A DNA stretch of 17,235 nucleotides from Octopus sinensis. Lineage: Eukaryota. The translations under genes and the position numbers were made by a program. The notes beneath the pieces are model-generated. The model did not search any database. It saw only the letters and a list, made by a program, of their open reading frames with translations, and was not told where the DNA came from. Of the stretch, positions 10,776 through 17,235 are shown piece by piece (the stretch's first letter is position 1; every line of letters begins with the position of its first letter). The stretch covers positions 1 through 17,235 of the forward strand of contig NW_021824872.1 of NCBI RefSeq assembly GCF_006345805.1, given 5' to 3'.

Positions 10776-12561
10776 AGATTAGACTATTGGAAAGGAAAAC
10801 ATATCCTAATATCGAGCTACAACAAGTAACCTTAGATGCCAAGAACTCTCCTAAGCACCCTAGCTGTCCCTAATAACACTGTTTTCTGCAGCTGTCCTTC
10901 AATGGCAGAGACTTTAAAGTCATTTATCTGGCACTTTCTATTCTTTTTATCTGCCACTACTAAATTAGGCCTCCGAGATTCTATTATTCTGTCAGTCTGA
11001 ATGTTAAAGTCCCACGACATCTTGTATTTCTTACTCTCTAATACTTTAATAGGTTCATATTCATACCATTTATCAGTATGTTCAAATCCCAGCTTTCTAC
11101 ATAACTCCAAGTGGATTACTCTCCCTGGATTGTCATGTCTTTTCTTGTATTCTTTCTGTGCCAGCATGCTACTTTCGCTTTCTAATTCCGTCTCCCTTTT
11201 CAGTTTTCCTTTCTGTAAACATAGCCATGTCTAACTACTACTATTTGCTGCAACTATCTTCGAATCTACCATGCAACGCTTTCTCCTGCCAGTCAAATAA
11301 TTTCTGTTCTTTTTTCTGGTTTTTAAATTGATTTGGTATTTTGGTTTCCCTGTGTCTTGCTGTGACTCTAGCAGCTTTTGATAAACCTTCTTTCGCTATT
11401 ACCTACATAGAAGTATATATCTACTCTAGCCAACTCCACGCAATCTTCTACTGATATTAACCCTCTTCCGCCTTCCTTTCTTGGTAAGTATAATCTTGCT
11501 GATCCTGCCCTTTGGTGGAGTCCTCCATTCATATTGAATTCCTTCCTAGTTCTTTTGTTTAGCTTTCGTAATTCAGTTTTTGTCCAATCTACAAAAGCTG
11601 CTGAGTATCTAAGTAATGAAACTGCCCTCGTATTTACTCCCTTCACTAGATTCGAACCATTTAGCTTTCACTTCATTAGCTTCCTCACCCTGCTGATGTA
11701 CGCCTTCCTAATTTTCGTTTTCATTTCTGTAGTTAGTACTCTGTCGGGTCCTAATACTCCTAGATACTTATAACTCTCTCCTCCTTTCAATGATTTTAAT
11801 TTCTGGCCATCTGGTAATTGGATGCCTTCGCAGTTGACTACTTGTCCCCTTCTCATGACTAATATTGCACACTGCATAGATCAATAAGTTAATGTCTCCT
11901 ATATTTTTAGTATCTATCCTACTGATAACAGAATCTACTTTCCCAGTCATTTCTAGCAGCTTCCTTCTTGTGGTGTCTTTTAATGCTGGCAATCTTTTTC
12001 TTACTTTACTCATTACTTCCTGCAACTCATCTAAAATCTGATCCTAAATCACTTAAGTCGATGCTACCAGATGTACCTGCTTTATTGGTAGCGCTATTAT
12101 TATTTTTTCCTTTAGGTTCTTCTTTGTTTTGAACTGGGTCTCTCATATTGTTGTTTGTCTTTCCTACTGATTGGTCTTTCTTGTCCAGTTCTCTTGTGAT
12201 CCCTTCTACCTCCAATTCTGTCATCCACTTTCTTCTAATGGCATCAGCTTGATCTACTAATCTCTGCTCAGTCACTTTAAACATACCCTTCTCTGCTCAA
12301 AGTGTTAACATCCGTTTTCTATAGCCCCTTCTTTTAGGTTCACTTCTCAGTAGCACTGCATCACTATCCTGTTTTATTCGCTGGTCCACTTCCTCCTCCT
12401 TACTCTTATTATCTGCTGATGCTGTATTAGGATAACAGCTTTTGTCAGTCTGCATCTTTACTGAACCACTGCCGAGCGAGGGGCCTTCCCTTAAGGTCTG
12501 GCTTTCTTTTCACAATTACCACCAGAGTTTCTTCGGAAACTCCTGTCTCTCATAGACTGAG
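10776..12561 (-). mobile_element. R4/Dong-clade non-LTR retrotransposon, internally deleted, both ends retained
   Basis: In order on the minus strand: N-terminal KWTSE*NRIVMQCY and VTEQRLVDQADAIRRKW; RT7 CAILVMRRG..YKYLGV; thumb AVSLLRYSAAFVDWT..LYLPRKEGGRGL; WLCLQKGKLKRETE; MLAQKEYKKRHD..WDFNIQTDRIIESRRPNLVV..LQKTVLLGTARVLRRVL (RLE). Stops, frameshifts and deletions throughout. Confidence 0.88.
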
Positions 12562-13455
12562 GTAAGGTAAAGTTCGCCACCAACGTCATCTCTATTGTTT
12601 TTCGACATCTGATAGTTTCAAGCAACTTTCTATAGCATCATTTGTTGCACTTTTCTGCTGGTGGGGTGCTGTGTGCTGCATTTTTTGTGGGGTGGGTGGG
12701 GAGAAGATATTGTATCAGTATGTTTTGTTATGGGGGTTTGGTTTGAGTCTTCTGTTGTATTAGTTTTTGCATTGCATGTTATTTGTGCAGCGGGTACCGG
12801 CCATCTATAGCACTTGCTGTGGGCTTTGTTCATTTTGTTTGGTATTTACGGTATGAGTTTATTCGTGTATGTTTTGGGAGGAGTGTTGCATAGTGGTGTT
12901 AATAAATCATAAATCAACTCTTTCATAGTATTTATGGCTATCTGTCCACCGTTCTTTCTCTTTTGGTTGTTTTTGCTATGGGTTCGTTTTTACAGCGTTT
13001 TCTTTTTTAACCGAACACCGCCCATGGACATATGTTGATGTTTCTTTCGTAGTTATAATTATTATTGATGTATCAGCGAGAGACCGGTAAGAAACAGCAG
13101 TGCGCATATATATATATAGAGGACTTGTATAAATATGGATGTATATGTAATTAAAATTTTAAATTTTAAATTTTACTCGCTGGCTTGCAGTTTTCGTATA
13201 GAAATATTGCAGTGTTTACATTTTTACACACATGTTACTGTCTAAGGGGAAGCTATATTTTTGCATATATATATTCCATCTAAAAATTTTTTTTCAGTTT
13301 CCTGAAATGGTTTACATTAAGACAATTTTCTTTCTGTGTTTTTGCGGATTCTTAATTCCTGCTGCGTGCTGGTTTCAGATTTGATCTATCTTCCTGGCAG
13401 CTCGCTGTCACACACCCATGCTGTTTGGCATTCGATGCGGTATCTCCTTGTTTCC

Positions 13456-13631
13456 TTCGCTGGTCCACTCCTTACTCTATTATCTGCTGATGCTGTTTTA
13501 GGATAAGAGCTGTGGTCAGTCTACGTCTTTACTGAACCACTGCCGAACGAGAAGCCTTCCCTTAAGGTCCAGCTTTCTTTTCACTATTCCACCAGAGTTT
13601 CTTCGGAAACTCCTGTCTCTCATAAACTGAG
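13456..13631 (-). mobile_element. Second (solo) copy of the 5' end of the same R4/Dong element
   Basis: Direct repeat of 12377-12561 (about 85% by eye), ending at the same ctgag boundary. Confidence 0.85.
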
Positions 13632-13639
13632 CCCTCTAC

Positions 13640-13935
13640 CAGTCGGGCAATGGGATTGTTGGATGTTCCGCTTTAGAAATTTATAGAGGATTAGTGGCGT
13701 GGAAGTGCGATGACGTTCTCGGGGAGATTCTGGGCGCCGACGAGAACGAACTGGTTAGTCTGTTCCGGATGACTTTCCGGTTGGAAACTATCATGGATAA
13801 TTCCCAGATGTCCTTGGCCTGGCAGTGCTACCGGGGGGATGTTACCGGTTCGAGATAAATTCTATAGGCTTGGATGCGCTGTCAGTCGGGCTTGTCCGAA
13901 GTGTGTGCAGGGTGACAAAACTGTTCTGCGCGCAG
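13640..13935 (+). mobile_element. Tx1/L1-type LINE ORF2 C-terminal fragment (zf-RVT region)
   Basis: GCSALEIYRGLV...MDNSQMSLAWQCYRG / MLPVRDKFYRLGCAVSRACPKCVQGDKTVL, matching LAW...G.LPVRD.L...CP.C...ETV.H. One-base frameshift at the G6 run 13833-13838. Confidence 0.7.
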
Positions 13936-14279
13936 AAACTAGGGCTGCAGCCCAAAAAAAACAAAGACAATATCGAAATACTGCCAAGAAAGCAAATCCT
14001 ACATGAGGAATTACAGAACGAAAATATAGCCTGACAAATCCTTCCTGACACAAGTAGAACAAAGCAGGAGTACGCCGTCTCTTGGTACCGAACGTCAGCA
14101 ATAATCTCGTTAACATTTAAAGCATTTCTCCGTTGACATATCTTCTATTTTCTGTTTTCCCGCAAGAAATTGCTCTAATGAAAAAATAGCCAACTTTTAA
14201 ACGCACTCCCTATACTATTGCTTAACTTCACTAGCTGTTTTTTATTACTAATGTAATTCAAGAGGATTTTATTTGAATA

Positions 14280-14350
14280 CCTACCTACCTGCTTATCTAT
14301 CTACGTACATATGTACATATATACATACATGTATACAAATCTATCCATCC

Positions 14351-14433
<83 letters not shown>

Positions 14434-14551
14434 GACCTATCGATCTATCAATCTACAAACCAACCTACATACGTACATAGTACCTACCTACCTATTTACC
14501 TATCTATCTGTCTGTCTGTCTGCCTGTCTATCTATCTACATACATACATAT
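14280..14551. repeat. (TATC)n-dominated tetranucleotide microsatellite
   Basis: Seen directly. Confidence 0.95.
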
Positions 14552-14552
14552 G

Positions 14553-14810
14553 TGGGCAAGTGTCTTCTACTATAGCCTCAGGCCGACCAAAGTCTTATGA
14601 GTGGAGACGGAAACTGAAAGAAGCCCTCGGATATATTTATATATTTATCTGTATTTGTGTCTGTGTTTTTCCCCCACCATCACTTGGCCACCAGTGTTGG
14701 TTTGTTTACGTCGCCGTAATATTAGCAGTTCAGCAGATGTGACAGATAGAATAGACTTTTAAAAAACAAACACCGAGTTCGACTAAAACCTTCGAGGACA
14801 AAAAAAATAA
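14553..14810 (+). mobile_element. 5'-truncated, diverged SINE-A copy
   Basis: tgggcaagtgtcttctactatagcctcaggccgaccaaag...gacggaaactgaaagaagccc...gtttacgtc...gatagaata..ttcgactaaaa matches 1080-1315. Confidence 0.8.
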
Positions 14811-14812
14811 AA

Positions 14813-14844
<32 letters not shown>

Positions 14845-15364
14845 CACACACATACAGAGGCATGCACATATCTTCTTTAGCAACATACTGAAAATTCCCG
14901 CCAATCGTACCAAGGCGCAAGATCAATTCAGCAAAAGATTCCAATAAACGACTAATTATTTCCTCTTGGTTTTTAATTGAAAACTTTTCAAAGTAAAAAA
15001 AACAAAAATGGCGTCGATTGGTTTCTGACGAGCGGTTAGTGAAAGCAATAGCGGTATTTTATTCCCGCCCTGTAATTAGTCCTTTGTCAAAATCTCTTAC
15101 TCGCAGAAATAAATCATCTGAAAAGGATAACGTTGCCAATAAGTGGAATTTAAAAAATTGGTAGCCTTGGTTTCTTTTCACCCCGGGTGAAAACATACTT
15201 TACCTTATCTCTGAGGAAAGGCATTGCTCCAATATCACTAAGCTAGATCTGCAATTACGGGTGGGCGGAGTTATTTATTTTTTTATTTTTTTTATTTATT
15301 TATTTTTTAAATCCTCTCCTTCAAACACTCACACGTCGGAATCGACAGGAGCGACAATCAGCAT

Positions 15365-15365
15365 C

Positions 15366-15412
<47 letters not shown>

Positions 15413-15470
15413 TATCATCATCATCATCATCATCATCGTTGTCGTCGTCGTCGTCGTCGTCATTATTATT
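15365..15470. repeat. (TCA)n/(TCG)n microsatellite
   Basis: Seen directly. Confidence 0.95.
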
Positions 15471-15683
15471 AAGGTGGCGAGCTGGCAGAAATGTTAGCGC
15501 GCTGGACGAAATGCTTAGCGGCTTTTCTCCCGTCGTCACTACGTTCTGAGTTCAAATTCCCGCTGAGGTTGACTTTGCCTTTCATCCTTTCGGGGTCGAT
15601 AAGTACCAATTGAACACTGGCATCAATGTAATCGACTCATTCCCTCCCCTAAAACTGCTGCCCTTCTGGCAAAATTTGAAACC
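15471..15683 (+). mobile_element. SINE family B copy
   Basis: aaggtggcgagctggcagaaatgttagc...gagttcaaattcc...gcctttcatcctttcggggtcgataagtacc...aaaatttgaaacc followed by a (TTA) tail. Confidence 0.88.
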
Positions 15684-15809
15684 ATTATTATTAGTGTTGT
15701 TGTTGTTGTTGTTTTCAGTCAATGAAATTCCATATTAACAACATTAGAAATCTAGACAAGTTTTGTTTTGTCGCCTTCATTATTGACAATAGCGTGTGGG
15801 GAGGGGGCG

Positions 15810-15834
15810 AAAGAGAAAGAAAGAATGAAAGGAA

Positions 15835-15868
<34 letters not shown>

Positions 15869-15970
15869 AAAAAGAAGAAAGAAAAAAAGAAAGAAAGAAA
15901 GAAGAAAGAAAGAAAAAAAAGTAGAGAAAAGGAAGAGAGAGGGACGGAAACATAGTCAAAAAAAGAAAAA
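15810..15970. repeat. (AAAG)n purine-rich repeat
   Basis: Seen directly. Confidence 0.92.
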
Positions 15971-16091
15971 GAGGTTGGAAAAAATATTTTACATGTGGGA
16001 CTAAATACTTTATTTTAAAACATCCAACCAGTGAGGTTTACATTCTATTTTAATTGTTATATTATTGTCTTTTCACCATTTTACTAATGCA

Positions 16092-16126
<35 letters not shown>

Positions 16127-16356
16127 AGATTTGTGTACATTTTAGTGCTGTTGAGGGCAACTTAATGCTAATATCAACATCGTAAAATGAAAGCGCATTG
16201 AGTTACTTGTGCAGTGGGAATGCGCTGCCGTCGCTCTTTTCCCCCCACAACGTAAATCATTCTGTTCTCTGAGCAGTAATAACACGCTTCATGTGGGTTT
16301 ACAGTTGTTTATTGAGACAAACACTCCACTACGTCTTTAAATTCTTGAACACAAAT

Positions 16357-16412
16357 ACATACATACATACATACATACATACATACATACATACATACAT
16401 ACATACATACAT
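16357..16412. repeat. (TACA)n microsatellite
   Basis: Seen directly. Confidence 0.95.
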
Positions 16413-16561
16413 TCATACATTTAAATACATGTTTATACACAGACAAATCTATGTACATATGTGTACACATTCATTCACATATTCTCATGCATAATGTCAT
16501 TCATATGTGCATGAATTATATAAAAATATCTATATGCATGTAAGTAATATATATATATATA

Positions 16562-16965
16562 TCTTTTACTCTTTTACTTGTTTCAGTAATTTGACTGCGG
16601 CCATGCTGGAACACCGCCTTTAGTCGAGCAAATCGACCCCGGGACTTATTCTTTATAAGCCCAGTACTTATTCTATCGGTCTCTTTTGCCGAACCGCTAA
16701 GTGACGTAAACACACCAGCATCGGTTGTCAAGCAATACTAGGGGGACAAACACAGATACACAAACATACACACAAATACATATATATATATACATATATA
16801 CGACAGGCTTCTTTTCAGTTTCCGTCTACCAAATCCACTCACAAGGTATTGGTCGGCCCGAGGCTATAACAGAAGACACTTGCCCAAGGTGTCACGCAGT
16901 GGGACTGAACACAGAACCATGTGGTTGGTAAGCAAGCTACTTACTACACAGCCACTCCTGCGCCT
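16562..16965 (-). mobile_element. SINE-A full-length copy
   Basis: Reverse complement begins aggcgcaggagtggctgtgtagtaagtagcttgc and ends gcagtcaaattactgaaacaagtaaaagag; colinear with 1001-1365. Confidence 0.9.
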
Positions 16966-17034
16966 ATTTAACATATATATACATACATACATACATACAT
17001 ACACGCACACACACACACACACACATATATATAT

Positions 17035-17213
17035 GGGCCGACCAAACCCTTGTGAGTGGATTCGGTTGGTAGACAGAAACTGAAAGAAGCCCGTCGGATA
17101 TATATATATATATACATACATACATACATACATACATACGTACATATATATATATATATAAGGGGGGGGGTACGTGTGTATGTTTGTGTCTCTGTGTTTG
17201 TTCCCCCAACATT
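17035..17213 (+). mobile_element. SINE-A internal fragment, inverted relative to 16562-16965
   Basis: gggccgaccaaacccttgtgagtggatt...gaaactgaaagaagcccgtcg, an expanded microsatellite, then gtgtatgtttgtgtctctgtgtttgttcccc. Confidence 0.8.
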
Positions 17214-17235
17214 GTTCCCCCACAGAAACACGTGA

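Noticed and set aside
12455-12490. HDV-like ribozyme (minus strand gcc-cctcgctc-ggc resembles P3/L3)
   Set aside because: The loop register is shifted, and I could not build P1, P2 or P1.1 by eye.
12377-13631. LTR pair / TRIM
   Set aside because: No TG...CA ends, PBS or PPT, and the repeat is continuous with the LINE N-terminal coding region.
13829-13845. Programmed frameshift at the G6 run
   Set aside because: It lies in a short, truncated LINE fragment; a simple homopolymer indel is more likely.
15195-15206. U1 snRNA 5' end (atactttacc)
   Set aside because: Imperfect match, and the downstream sequence has no U1 stems or Sm site.
16192-16226. 8-bp inverted repeat agcgcatt/aatgcgct
   Set aside because: Too short to distinguish from chance; no miRNA-like stem.

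Overview
AT-rich, microsatellite-dense eukaryotic DNA. The SINE families and repeat density suggest an octopus (cephalopod) genome; this is inferred from recognition, not from a database search. I can support one host exon: 9610-10135 (+, 526 nt, phase 0 to phase 1) of an ADAMTS-like (punctin/MADD-4/ADAMTSL-type) extracellular matrix gene. It encodes the end of the Cys-rich module, a 133-aa low-complexity poly-Gln linker and the start of a TSP1 repeat. The rest appears intronic and holds decayed mobile elements: two R4/Dong-type LINEs plus a solo 5' end, a Helitron PIF1 helicase remnant, a mariner derivative built from two 5' ends, a Tx1/L1 fragment, a probable Penelope-like end with a hammerhead-like motif, two related SINE families and many microsatellites. 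Most ORFs in the supplied track are microsatellite artefacts. I found no convincing new multi-gene system. The best leads are the poly-Gln linker, the foldback mariner, the Helitron-A10-LINE junction, the hammerhead-like motif and inverted SINE pairs that could form dsRNA around the exon.
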